From NCBI GenBank assembly GCA_017881915.1, contig JADGQK010000002.1, forward strand, positions 18,326-82,325: 64,000 nt of DNA, given 5' to 3'. The notes beneath the pieces are model-generated. The model had not been told where the DNA came from, did not search any database, and saw only the letters and a program-made list of their open reading frames with translations. The DNA is from Chloroflexota bacterium (lineage in GTDB: Bacteria > Chloroflexota > Limnocylindria > Limnocylindrales > CSP1-4). The position numbers and the translations under genes are program-made. Of this stretch, positions 49,115-58,539 are shown one piece after another; the first letter of the stretch is position 1, and each line of letters starts with the position of its first letter.

Positions 49115-50491
49115 ATGACCGACGAGCTCGAAACCTACCTGGCGACCACGGCCGATCGGCGCCTGGCCAGCTATCTCGAATTTCTCCGGATCCCGAGCAT
49201 CTCGGGCCAACCCGAGTACGCCGGGGCCTGTCGAGAGGCAGCCGAGTGGGTGGCCGGGCAGCTCACCTCAATGGGCGTCGAGCACGTCGAGGTTGCCGAG
49301 ACCGGCGGCCATCCGGTCGTCTACGGGGACTGGCTCCATGCACCAGGCGCTCCGACGGTGATCGTCTATGGCCACTACGACGTCCAGCCGGTCGACCCGA
49401 TCGAGCTGTGGGAGACGGCCCCTTTCGAGCCGTTCGTCAAGGGCGACCGGGTGATCGGACGCGGCTCGTCCGACGACAAGGGCCAGATCCATATCCACCT
49501 CCGTGCGACCGAGGCGATCCTGGCGACCCGCGGGGCGCTGCCGGTCAACCTCAGGTTCGTGTTCGAGGGCGAAGAGGAATCGAGCTCCGTCCACCTCGAT
49601 GCGTGGCTCGAGGCAAACCGCGAGCGGCTCACGGCCGACCTTGCCGTGATCAGCGACAGTGGCTTCTTCGACGGCAACCGACCGGCGATCACGGTCGGCC
49701 TGCGTGGGATCTGCTCCGTCCAGGTCGACGTGCGGACGACGGCCGTGGACCTCCACTCAGGCAGCTTCGGCGGAGCTGTCCAGAACCCGGCGAATGCCCT
49801 GGCCCAGATCATTGCGGCGCTCAAGGGACCCGACGGCCGGATCCGGGTGCCCGGTTTCTACGACGACGTCGTCGCGTTGACCGAGACGGACCGGGCGGCG
49901 TTCGCCGCGCTGCCATTCGACGAGGACGAATACCGGACGGCCCTCGGCCTGCCGGCTCTCGTCGGCGAGGCGGGCTATTCGACACTCGAGCGACGGGGCA
50001 GCCGGCCAACCCTTGACGTCAACGGGATCTGGGGTGGGTTCCAGGGCGCCGGCTCCAAGACGATCATCCCGGCTCACGCCCATGCCAAGATCAGCTGCCG
50101 GCTCGTGGTGGACCAGGAGCCGAGCACGATCTTCGAGCTGCTCCGCGCGTTCGTGCTGGAGGTGGCACCGCCGGGCTGTTCGGTCGAGGTCCAGGACCTG
50201 GGCGGAGGCCGGCCGAGCCTGACCGCGATCGATCATCCGGCGACCGAGGCCGCCGCCCGGGCCCTCGAAGCCACCTTCGGCGCGGCGCCGCTGTACATCC
50301 GCGAAGGTGGCTCGATCCCGGTCTGCGCCAGCTTCGAGACAATCCTGGGCCTGCCGGTTGTCCTCCTGGGCTTCACCCCGCCCGACGACAACGCCCACGC
50401 CCCGAACGAGTCGATGTCGCTGCCCAACCACGAGACCGCGATCCGGACCGTGGCGTCGTATTGGGACGAGCTCGCCCGCCTGCCTCGCTGA
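49115..50491 (+). CDS. M20 family dipeptidase
   Basis: YGHYDVQP, GRGSSDDKGQ, FEGEEE, DLHSG, GGSIP and HAPNE motifs. Confidence 0.93.
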   Translation: MTDELETYLATTADRRLASYLEFLRIPSISGQPEYAGACREAAEWVAGQLTSMGVEHVEVAETGGHPVVYGDWLHAPGAPTVIVYGHYDVQPVDPIELWETAPFEPFVKGDRVIGRGSSDDKGQIHIHLRATEAILATRGALPVNLRFVFEGEEESSSVHLDAWLEANRERLTADLAVISDSGFFDGNRPAITVGLRGICSVQVDVRTTAVDLHSGSFGGAVQNPANALAQIIAALKGPDGRIRVPGFYDDVVALTETDRAAFAALPFDEDEYRTALGLPALVGEAGYSTLERRGSRPTLDVNGIWGGFQGAGSKTIIPAHAHAKISCRLVVDQEPSTIFELLRAFVLEVAPPGCSVEVQDLGGGRPSLTAIDHPATEAAARALEATFGAAPLYIREGGSIPVCASFETILGLPVVLLGFTPPDDNAHAPNESMSLPNHETAIRTVASYWDELARLPR

Positions 50492-50593
50492 ACCGGGGCT
50501 CCGCTGTGCGGAAATGTGGGGTCTGGACCGGTGATTCGGACCCCCCCGGGTGCTAGGATGCGGGGACTGGCACCACCGGGAGGATCCATTCGC

Positions 50594-51673
50594 GTGAGCA
50601 CCGAAGCAGCCGAGCCGGCCACCACCCAAAAGGGCGTGTGGCGGCTCGAGACCCCCAACGGCAGCATGGCGCCGCGATCGGCCCTTGACGTCCTGGTCGA
50701 CCTCAATGATCGCGTCACGAGCGGCAAGATTGGCGAGTTCCAGCCGATCCCCCTCGGCTTCACCCCGCTCGACAAGACGATCGGAGCTGGCCTCCGCCCG
50801 GGCGAGCTCCTCCTGATCGGTGGCGCCCAGGGCACCGGCAAGACCACGATGGCCCTGCAGATGGCTCGCAACGTCGCCTCGGCCGGCCAGGCCAACGTGC
50901 TCTACATCTGTTTCGAGCACGAGGAGCAATACCTGCTCAACCGGATGATCGCGATGGAGTCGGCGCTGGCCCATTTGCCCCACAAGACCGGCGCGATCAA
51001 GATCCAGGACGTCCGCAAGGAGATCCTGGGGTCGTGGCTGGCGGAGGGCCAGTCGGGGACCCAGTTGGCCAACAATCCCCGCCTTCGGCCGTCGCTCGAC
51101 CGGATCGCCCGCTACGGCCAGAACCTGTTCCTGCTGCGCGGCTCGCAGACCGCCAGCACGGTCGACAACATCCGCAACCTGGTCCGCCAGCATCGCGAAC
51201 TGTCGGGCGATCGCCGCCTGATGGTGATGGTCGACTACATGCAGAAGGTCCCGGTCATTCCGGAGCCGCCGACCGAGTCGGAGAAGGTGACCTACGTCGT
51301 CAACGGCCTCAAGGACATCTCCCTGTCCGAGGACGTGCCGATGATCGCGATCGTCGCGGCCGACAAGGAGGGCCTCAAGGCGGCCCGCCTGCGCAACCAC
51401 CACCTGCGCGGCTCATCGGCGATCAACTACGAGGCCGACATCATCCTGATCCTCAACGAGAAGTACAACGTCGTGGCCAAGGTGAACATCGAGTTCAACC
51501 CGTACCAGGCGCAGCGCTTCCGCGACTGGGTGATCGTGTCGGTCGAGAAGAACCGGGGCGGCCAGGACAATGTCGACCTGGAGTTCGAGAAGCATTTCGA
51601 GTTCTCCTGCTTCGATCCGAACGGTCGGACCGTTCAGGAGAAGCTGATCGAAGAGCGGCTCTACAACGACTGA
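50594..51673 (+). CDS. DnaB-like helicase, C-terminal RecA-fold domain only
   Basis: LGFTPLD, GAQGTGKT, CFEH, VDYMQ, LRGSSAINYEAD and EKNRGG motifs; GGGAGG RBS before GTG. Confidence 0.85.
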   Translation: MSTEAAEPATTQKGVWRLETPNGSMAPRSALDVLVDLNDRVTSGKIGEFQPIPLGFTPLDKTIGAGLRPGELLLIGGAQGTGKTTMALQMARNVASAGQANVLYICFEHEEQYLLNRMIAMESALAHLPHKTGAIKIQDVRKEILGSWLAEGQSGTQLANNPRLRPSLDRIARYGQNLFLLRGSQTASTVDNIRNLVRQHRELSGDRRLMVMVDYMQKVPVIPEPPTESEKVTYVVNGLKDISLSEDVPMIAIVAADKEGLKAARLRNHHLRGSSAINYEADIILILNEKYNVVAKVNIEFNPYQAQRFRDWVIVSVEKNRGGQDNVDLEFEKHFEFSCFDPNGRTVQEKLIEERLYND

Positions 51674-51677
51674 CGGC

Positions 51678-52205
51678 ATGGCTGGCTCCGGCTCATTCCC
51701 GGAGATCGTCGAAATCGTCGTCGAGATCCCGCGGGGCAGCCGCAACAAGTACGAGTACGACGAGCAAGCCGGCGTCTTCCGTCTGGACCGGGTCCTGTCA
51801 TCGGCCGTCTACTACAACTTCGACTACGGATTCATCGAGAACACGCGGGCGGGCGACGGCGACCACACCGATGCTCTGCTCCTGATCGACGAGCCGACGT
51901 TCACGGGTTGCCGGGTCTGGGGCCGCCCGATCGGCGGCCTCGAGATGCACGACGACCAGGGCCCCGACTTCAAGGTCCTGTGCGTGGCAGTCGGCGACCC
52001 ACACCAGGCCCACGTTGAGAGTCTTGACCAGGTCCGGCCGCACCGGCTCGTCGAGATTCGCCACTTCTTCGACACCTACAAGCTGCTCGAGGCGAAGGAG
52101 ACCGAGGTGCTCGGCTGGCGTGATGCCGAGGCCGCCCGCGAGATCCTGCTGGGCGATCGCGCGCGCTACCTCGGGGAGCGCACGGCCAAGACCCACCCCG
52201 GGTGA
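51678..52205 (+). CDS. ppa: Inorganic pyrophosphatase (family I)
   Basis: EIPRGSRNKYEYD, LDRVL, DYGFI, DGDHTD and HFFDTYK motifs. Confidence 0.93.
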   Translation: MAGSGSFPEIVEIVVEIPRGSRNKYEYDEQAGVFRLDRVLSSAVYYNFDYGFIENTRAGDGDHTDALLLIDEPTFTGCRVWGRPIGGLEMHDDQGPDFKVLCVAVGDPHQAHVESLDQVRPHRLVEIRHFFDTYKLLEAKETEVLGWRDAEAAREILLGDRARYLGERTAKTHPG

Positions 52206-52852
52206 GCGAGGTTCGCGGCCGCCGTTTCCTGGCGGCGCACGATGAGCTCGGGGGACCCCGCCTGTTCGTTGCCGTGCCCCTGCCCGGACCGGCCAGGGCC
52301 GCGGTCGAGGCGCTTGTGGCCCGAGTCCGGTTGGCTCCGGAACCCGCCCAGGGTCAGCGTCGCGACACGCAGGATGTGCGTTGGGTCCGGATGGACGGCC
52401 TTCACCTCACGCTTCGCTTCCTCGGCCCAACCGACCCCGCCCGGCTCCCTCAGGCCCGCTCAGCGGTTACGGCCGCGGCGGCCGGGGTTGCCTCCTTCGA
52501 GATGGGCCTGGCCGGCGCCGGCGCGTTCCCCAACCCGGCTCGGCCGCGGGTCCTGTGGCTCGGGCTGGGACGGGGCCTCGAGGCGCTCGAGGCATTGTCC
52601 GTCCGGCTCTCGAGGGCGCTCGCCGACTGCGGTTGGCCTCACGACGATCGCCCCGTCCGGCCGCATCTCACCCTGGCGCGGAGCGACGGCGTGGCTGCCG
52701 GGTCGCTGGTGGCCGGTCGATTGCTGGCGGCCGCGGTGAACCTGGACTTGACCTGGACCGCGGACCGGATCGTCCTGTTTGAGAGTCAGACCGGTGGTGG
52801 GCCGGCCCGCTACCTGCCGCTCCTCGAGGTCCCGTTGGCGGGCCCAAGCTGA
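52202..52852 (+). CDS. thpR: RNA 2',3'-cyclic phosphodiesterase (2H family)
   Basis: RLFVAV, two HxT motifs (HLTLRFLG and PHLTLAR), PRVLWLG. Confidence 0.9.
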   Translation: MSEVRGRRFLAAHDELGGPRLFVAVPLPGPARAAVEALVARVRLAPEPAQGQRRDTQDVRWVRMDGLHLTLRFLGPTDPARLPQARSAVTAAAAGVASFEMGLAGAGAFPNPARPRVLWLGLGRGLEALEALSVRLSRALADCGWPHDDRPVRPHLTLARSDGVAAGSLVAGRLLAAAVNLDLTWTADRIVLFESQTGGGPARYLPLLEVPLAGPS

Positions 52853-52893
52853 TCCGGCGCGACGCCGACGCCGACTCGGCGTAGGATCAACCT

Positions 52894-53181
52894 GTGCCCA
52901 GACTCGCCTGCCGGTCGTGTGGACGGCAGATCTACTCGACGGCTCAGCTCGAGTCGCTCTTCGGCGAAGAGCGTCGCTGTTCCCGCTGTGGGGCGAATCT
53001 CCATGAGGATCGGCGCGAAGGCGACCGACGAGTCGTGGCCCGCCGTACGAACCCGCCCGATGAGCCGGGCCCACCGGCTGTCACCGAACGACGGGCGAAG
53101 CCGCGCCGCGAGGGGCCGCGACGCAAGGATGGAGCGCGTTCGTCGACACCGGCCGGCAGCGCTGCCGGCTGGGTCGACTAG
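52894..53181 (+). CDS. Small zinc-ribbon protein with Arg-rich repeats
   Basis: CRSC...CSRC followed by DRREGDRR and ERRAKPRREGPRR; TAGGAT 6 nt before GTG. Confidence 0.75.
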   Translation: MPRLACRSCGRQIYSTAQLESLFGEERRCSRCGANLHEDRREGDRRVVARRTNPPDEPGPPAVTERRAKPRREGPRRKDGARSSTPAGSAAGWVD

Positions 53182-53193
53182 GCCACCTCGGCA

Positions 53194-54063
53194 TTGCGCC
53201 TGGCGATCGTCGGCCTGGGCCTGATCGGAGGCTCGATCGCCCGGGCGGTCCATGACGGCCCAGGTCGGGCCAGGTTCGAGTCCATCTCCGCCTGGAGCCC
53301 GAGCGGCCGCGGGCCGAGGGCGGCGCTGGCCGACGGAGCGATCGACCGGGCTGCGCCATCGCTGGCCGGGGCGATCGACCGTGCCGAGCTCATCGTGCTG
53401 GCTGCCGATCCGCTTGCCTGCCTCGGCCTCCTCGACGAGCTTGCCCAGCTGCCGGTCGCCGACGAGCGGCCGACGATCACCGATGTTGCGAGCACCAAGG
53501 CGCTCCTCCTTGGGCGGGCCGACCAGCTCGGCCTGAACTACGTGGGCGGTCATCCGCTGGCCGGCCTCGAGACGACCGGCTATGAGAATTCCCGCGCGGA
53601 TCTCTTCGTCGGACGGCCGTGGGTCATCTGTCCGGGCGCACTGGCCCGACCGGTCGACCTGGAACGGGTCGACGAGCTCCTGGCAGCCTGCCGGGCGGAG
53701 CGCCATTGGCTCGGAGCCGCGGAGCACGACCGGGCCGTCGCCGCGATCAGCCACCTGCCACTCGTGGTCGCCGCGGCCCTCGTCGAGTCCGTGAGCGCCG
53801 CCGAGGACTGGTCACTCGCCGAGGAACTGGCTGCAGGAGGCTGGCTGAGTGCTACCCGGCTGGCCCGGGGCGACGCGACGATGGGCGCGGGGATCGCGGC
53901 GACCAATGCCCCGGAGCTCGCCCGGCGTCTGCGCTCGCTGCACATCCAGCTCGGCGATTGGCTGGCCGACCTCGAAGCGACCCCCGCCGATCCGGCCGCG
54001 ACGGCGGACCGGATTCGGACTCGGCTGAGCGCGGCGAAGCGGGCGCTGGAAGCAGCCCAGTGA
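53194..54063 (+). CDS. tyrA: Prephenate/arogenate dehydrogenase
   Basis: GLGLIGGS, TDVASTK, GGHPLAG, EHDRAVAAISHLP and TRLA motifs. Confidence 0.9.
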   Translation: MRLAIVGLGLIGGSIARAVHDGPGRARFESISAWSPSGRGPRAALADGAIDRAAPSLAGAIDRAELIVLAADPLACLGLLDELAQLPVADERPTITDVASTKALLLGRADQLGLNYVGGHPLAGLETTGYENSRADLFVGRPWVICPGALARPVDLERVDELLAACRAERHWLGAAEHDRAVAAISHLPLVVAAALVESVSAAEDWSLAEELAAGGWLSATRLARGDATMGAGIAATNAPELARRLRSLHIQLGDWLADLEATPADPAATADRIRTRLSAAKRALEAAQ

Positions 54064-54653
54064 GCGAGCAGGTCCTCGTCGTGCCCCGCTCGGCGGTGAT
54101 CCCGGGCCGTGGCTGGCGCGGCGTCCGAACGGAGGCGCTCGAAGGCGTTCTCGACACGATTGTCCGCCAGGGCCGCTTCGAGCCGCGCTCGCTGGTCGAG
54201 TCGGATCCGCGCTGGAAGCAGGTCATCCCGTACCTCGTGGTCCGGGATGGGCCACGCTACTTCCTGATGCAGCGGACCCGCGGCGGAGCCGACGCCCGGC
54301 TGCACGACCTGTGGTCGATCGGAGTGGGCGGCCATGTGAATCCCGGGGACGGGGGGATCGATGGCGGTCTGCAGCGCGAGTGGCGCGAAGAGATCGACGC
54401 ACAATTCGAGCCCGACCCGCGTCTCTTCGGCCTGCTCAACGACGACCTGACCGAGGTGGGACGGGTCCATCTCGGGGTCGTGTTCGTGGCCGACGCCGCC
54501 GGACGGCCGCTGGCCATCCGCGAGACGGGCAAGCTCAGCGGCGCATTTGCGACGGTCAGCCAGGTCCGAGCCGTCGCCGATCGGCTGGAGACGTGGAGTC
54601 AGCTGGTCTTCGAACGGCTCGATGTTCCAGCCCGACGATCGGTGCGCCTATAA
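54060..54653 (+). CDS. NUDIX family phosphoesterase (YmaB/COG4112-like)
   Basis: ESDPRWKQVIPY, SIGVGGHVN, REWREE and VGRVHLG motifs. Confidence 0.85.
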   Translation: MSEQVLVVPRSAVIPGRGWRGVRTEALEGVLDTIVRQGRFEPRSLVESDPRWKQVIPYLVVRDGPRYFLMQRTRGGADARLHDLWSIGVGGHVNPGDGGIDGGLQREWREEIDAQFEPDPRLFGLLNDDLTEVGRVHLGVVFVADAAGRPLAIRETGKLSGAFATVSQVRAVADRLETWSQLVFERLDVPARRSVRL

Positions 54654-54696
54654 TCGGCCCGCCGAGCCGATGGACGGCTTCAACACTGGGGAGGCG

Positions 54697-55866
54697 ATGG
54701 CCGCGAAGATCCTCGTCATCGACGATGACCCGAATGTCCAGCGGCTGCTGACGTACACCCTCAAGCAGGAAGGCTACGAGGTCCTCGTGGCGTCCGACGG
54801 CGCCGAGGGCTTCCGGCTGTGGAGCGCGGAAGTGCCCGCGCTGATCCTGCTGGACATCATGCTCCCCAAGGTCGATGGCTACCAGGTCGCGACCAAGATC
54901 CGGGCCGAAGAAGGCTCGGCCGCCCATGTGCCGATCATCATGCTCACGGCCGAGCGCGAGGTAGAACAAAAGGTCCGTGGCCTGCGGGCCGGGGCCGATG
55001 ACTACCTGATCAAGCCCTTCCACCCGGCCGAGCTGCTCGCCCGGATCAAGAGCCTGCTCGCTCGTTTCGCGCCACGCGACCTGCTCGTCGGTCGGCCGCC
55101 CCTCGGACGCGTCCTTGCCTTCTATGGTGCGAAGGGCGGCGTGGGCACGACGACGATCGCGATCAACGCGGCGATCGCGCTCCATCGTGAGCTCGGCCGG
55201 AAGGTCGTGCTGGTTGACGCAAACCTCCAGTTCGGCGACCACCGGGTCTTCCTGGACCTTGGTCTCGATCGCAAGAGCATCATCGACGTCGTCACGGCGC
55301 CATCGATCGATCTGGATCTGATCAAGCAGGTCCTCGTCCACCATGACTCAGGGATCGACCTCCTCCTCGCGCCACCATCGCCCGAGACTGCCGAGCTGGT
55401 GACCGAGGAGCACATGCCCCAGATCCTCGATCACCTCCGCTCGCTCTTCGACTACGTGATCGTGGACATCGACAAACGCCTCGACGAGATCAACCTGAAG
55501 ATCCTCGACCAGGCCGACCAGTTCTTCGTCGTGATGACCGCCGACCTGTCGTGCCTCAAGAACGTCCGGCTCGTGCTCGAGACGATCGGCCACCTGGGTG
55601 TCGAGCCGGGCAAGGTCCACCTCGTCCTGAACCGCTCGAACGCATTCACCGGGATCAGCATGAAGAACGCCGAGAGCGCGCTGAAGCGGACGATCGAGTT
55701 CCAGGTGATCAACGAGTACCGGGGTGCCATCAGCGCGCTCAATAGCGGCGCGCCGTTCATGTACACCAAGGCGGACTCACCCCTCGGCCGGTCGCTCCTC
55801 GACTTCGGCCGGACGATCGACAAGACCGCATCGGGGACGCCCCAGCCGGCCCTCGGCACGCGCTGA
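54697..55866 (+). CDS. Canonical response-regulator receiver fused to CpaE/TadZ-like ATPase
   Basis: IDDD, LDIMLP, MLTA, DYLIKPF; KGGVGTTT, DANLQFGD, LNR; GGGGAGG RBS. Confidence 0.9.
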   Translation: MAAKILVIDDDPNVQRLLTYTLKQEGYEVLVASDGAEGFRLWSAEVPALILLDIMLPKVDGYQVATKIRAEEGSAAHVPIIMLTAEREVEQKVRGLRAGADDYLIKPFHPAELLARIKSLLARFAPRDLLVGRPPLGRVLAFYGAKGGVGTTTIAINAAIALHRELGRKVVLVDANLQFGDHRVFLDLGLDRKSIIDVVTAPSIDLDLIKQVLVHHDSGIDLLLAPPSPETAELVTEEHMPQILDHLRSLFDYVIVDIDKRLDEINLKILDQADQFFVVMTADLSCLKNVRLVLETIGHLGVEPGKVHLVLNRSNAFTGISMKNAESALKRTIEFQVINEYRGAISALNSGAPFMYTKADSPLGRSLLDFGRTIDKTASGTPQPALGTR

Positions 55867-55962
55867 GCACGAGCGCCATCGGCGCGCGCCCGGCACGGGG
55901 CACGGCCCGCGATCCGATCCGGCAGCACGGGCGGATGATCCCGGCCCGCTACCCTTGGGGCC

Positions 55963-57975
55963 ATGGCTGTACCCGACGACCCTGAACGGATCCTCGACGG
56001 TCTGAACGACGCCCAGCGCCGGGCGGCACTTGCCTCATCGGGGCCCGTGGCCATCCTGGCCGGGGCGGGCACCGGCAAGACCCGGGTGATCAGCCGCCGG
56101 GCTGCCTATGCCATCGCGACCGGGGTCGTGCCGGCCGCCGAGGTCCTGCTCGTGACCTTCACCGACAAGGCCGCTGCAGAGATGGCCGAGCGGCTGCGGG
56201 TGCTGCGCCAGCCCGCCGTGACCGCCCGGACGTTCCACGCCCACGCCCTGTCGCAGCTTCGCCACTTCTGGCCGGCCAGCCACGACGGGGCCCTCGCCCC
56301 GGCGATCCTCGAGTCCAAGTTCCCGATCATCGGCCGAATCGCCCGGGGACTGCCCGGTGGCTACCGGTTTACGCCGGCCAAGGACCTGGCCGGCGAGATC
56401 GAGTGGGCCAAGAACCGGCGGATTGCGGCGGGGGAATACCGAGCCGCTGCAGCGGCGGCCGGGCGTGAGCCCCCGATCCCGGTCGAGCTGATGGCCCGCG
56501 TGTTCGCGGACTATGAGCGCGCGAAGGTACGGGCCGGACGAATCGACTTCGAGGACATGCTCGGTGCCACGATCGACCTGCTCGAGACCGATGCCGAAGC
56601 GGCCGCGATCGTCCGGGCGCGCAAGCGCTGGTTCAGCGTCGACGAGTACCAGGACACGAACCCCCTCCAGGAGCGTCTGCTCACGCTGTGGGCCGGCGAT
56701 CGCCCGGACGTGTGTGTCGTCGGCGACGAGGACCAGACGATCTTCAGCTTCACCGGCGCGTCGAGCAGCTACCTGCGTGACTTTGCCCGGACACATCGGG
56801 GAGCGACGGTCGTCGAGCTGACCGAGAACTACCGCTCGAGCCCGGAGATCCTGGGGCTGGCCAACCGGCTGATCGCGTCGACCGGCCGTGCGAAGGCCCT
56901 GACCGCGACCCGACCATCGGGCCCGCCACCCAGCTGCGTCGCGTACGCCGACCCGGCGGCCGAGCTGGCTGGCCTGGTCGGCACGATCCATGCCCGGATC
57001 GACGCGGGAATCGCCCCGCCGGAGATCGCCGTCCTCGTGCGGATGAACGCTCAGCTGGCACCGATCGAGTCCGCCCTGACGACCGCCGGGATCCCCTACG
57101 TTGTCCGCGGTGGCCGGTTCTACGAGCGACCCGACGTACGGGCCGCGATCCGGGCGATCGAACGGGCGAAGCTGGCAGCCGTCGGCGGCGACCTCCGGGC
57201 CGCGATCGAGACGGTCTTCGCGGACGCCCTGGGCTATCAACCACAGGCGACGCCCAGCGGGCCGGAGGAGCGCGAGCGGGCAGCGGACCTCGGCGTCCTG
57301 CTGGCGATCGTGGCCGAGTTCGCCGGCGCAGACGGCGGCCGGTTGGACCCGCCGGGCGCGTCCGATGTCCTGGCCGAGCTGGCCCGCCGCGACGCTGCCG
57401 AGCGGGCGAACGTCGCGGGCGGTGTGACGCTGTCGACGATCCACCGAGCGAAGGGCCTCGAATGGGACGCTGTCCTGCTGCCCGGCCTGGAGGAGGGCAA
57501 CCTGCCGACCGGACAGGCCGCCGGCGATCCGGAGGCGCTCGACGAGGAGCGTCGCCTCCTCTACGTCGGGATCACCCGGGCCCGGATTCATCTCACCGTT
57601 TCGTGGGCCGCCCGCCGGGTCGGGCCGGGCGGGCGCGAGGCGAGCCGACGGCCGTCGCGTTTCCTGGTCGATCTCGGGTTCCAGTCCCGCCTGGCCCGTC
57701 CCGGGATCAGCCCGGCCCGTCGTTCAGCCGTGCGCGGACGTTCCGAGCCCGGACCCTCGGGTGGCCCAGCCTTCGAGGCACTCCGGGCCTGGCGGGCCGA
57801 ACGGGCCAGGGTGGCTGGGGTGCCGGCCTACGTCGTCGCCCACGACGCTACTCTCGCCGCGATCGCCGGAACGAAGCCGACCTCGATGGCGGCGCTCGCC
57901 GCGGTGAAGGGAATGGGCCCAGCCAGGCTCGAGCGCTACGGTCCTGAGATTCTCGCGGTCCTCGCCGACACCTGA
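55963..57975 (+). CDS. uvrD2: UvrD2-like ATP-dependent helicase with C-terminal HRDC domain
   Basis: AGAGTGKT, VDEYQD, VGDEDQTI, TIHRAKGLEW, EERRLLYVGITRA; HRDC LRAWR..VPAYVV..GMGPARLERYG. Confidence 0.9.
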   Translation: MAVPDDPERILDGLNDAQRRAALASSGPVAILAGAGTGKTRVISRRAAYAIATGVVPAAEVLLVTFTDKAAAEMAERLRVLRQPAVTARTFHAHALSQLRHFWPASHDGALAPAILESKFPIIGRIARGLPGGYRFTPAKDLAGEIEWAKNRRIAAGEYRAAAAAAGREPPIPVELMARVFADYERAKVRAGRIDFEDMLGATIDLLETDAEAAAIVRARKRWFSVDEYQDTNPLQERLLTLWAGDRPDVCVVGDEDQTIFSFTGASSSYLRDFARTHRGATVVELTENYRSSPEILGLANRLIASTGRAKALTATRPSGPPPSCVAYADPAAELAGLVGTIHARIDAGIAPPEIAVLVRMNAQLAPIESALTTAGIPYVVRGGRFYERPDVRAAIRAIERAKLAAVGGDLRAAIETVFADALGYQPQATPSGPEERERAADLGVLLAIVAEFAGADGGRLDPPGASDVLAELARRDAAERANVAGGVTLSTIHRAKGLEWDAVLLPGLEEGNLPTGQAAGDPEALDEERRLLYVGITRARIHLTVSWAARRVGPGGREASRRPSRFLVDLGFQSRLARPGISPARRSAVRGRSEPGPSGGPAFEALRAWRAERARVAGVPAYVVAHDATLAAIAGTKPTSMAALAAVKGMGPARLERYGPEILAVLADT

Positions 57976-58003
57976 CATTCCTGGCCCGATCGAGCCGGGG
58001 AGC

Positions 58004-58029
58004 TGTCGATTCGGGTGATCCCGTTCGTT
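58004..58029 (+). promoter_or_regulatory. Putative ECF42-type sigma promoter upstream of the VOC gene
   Basis: TGTCGA-16 bp-CGTT. Confidence 0.45.
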
Positions 58030-58089
58030 GTTCCAATGAGGGCCAGCGAGGCGCCAACGACCTCGGTCCCGGGCACAGGAGATCGGCAG

Positions 58090-58440
58090 ATGACGGATCC
58101 GCGGGTGATTCACTTCGAGATCGTGGGCAAGGACGGCAAGGCGCTCCAGGCTTACTACAGCGCCCTGTTCGGCTGGAAGCTCAACACGGACAATCCGGAT
58201 GGCTACGGCATGACGAACCCGGAAGCGACCGGCCCCATCGTCGGGATCGGCTCGACGCCGGACGGCTCGGCCGGTCACGTCACCGGCTACGTCACGGTGG
58301 CCGACATCGACGCGACCCTGGCCAGGGCCGTTGCCCTGGGTGGCAAGGTGATCATGCCCAAGTTCCTGCCCGGCGGTGGGGCCACCATCGCCCTGGTCGC
58401 CGATCCCGAAGGGCACGTCGTGGGTCTGACCCAGGTCTGA
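58090..58440 (+). CDS. VOC/glyoxalase family protein
   Basis: VIHFEI...YYSALFGW...VADIDATL...LGGKV...DPEGHVVGL; AGGAG RBS. Confidence 0.9.
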   Translation: MTDPRVIHFEIVGKDGKALQAYYSALFGWKLNTDNPDGYGMTNPEATGPIVGIGSTPDGSAGHVTGYVTVADIDATLARAVALGGKVIMPKFLPGGGATIALVADPEGHVVGLTQV

Positions 58441-58539
58441 GGTCCGTCCGGGGCGATGGCACCCGGCGTGGAACGAAGCGACGGGCTGGTGGTCCTCCGG
58501 GATCGCCGGCCCGTCGTGCGCTGACGGCCCATGGGGCCG

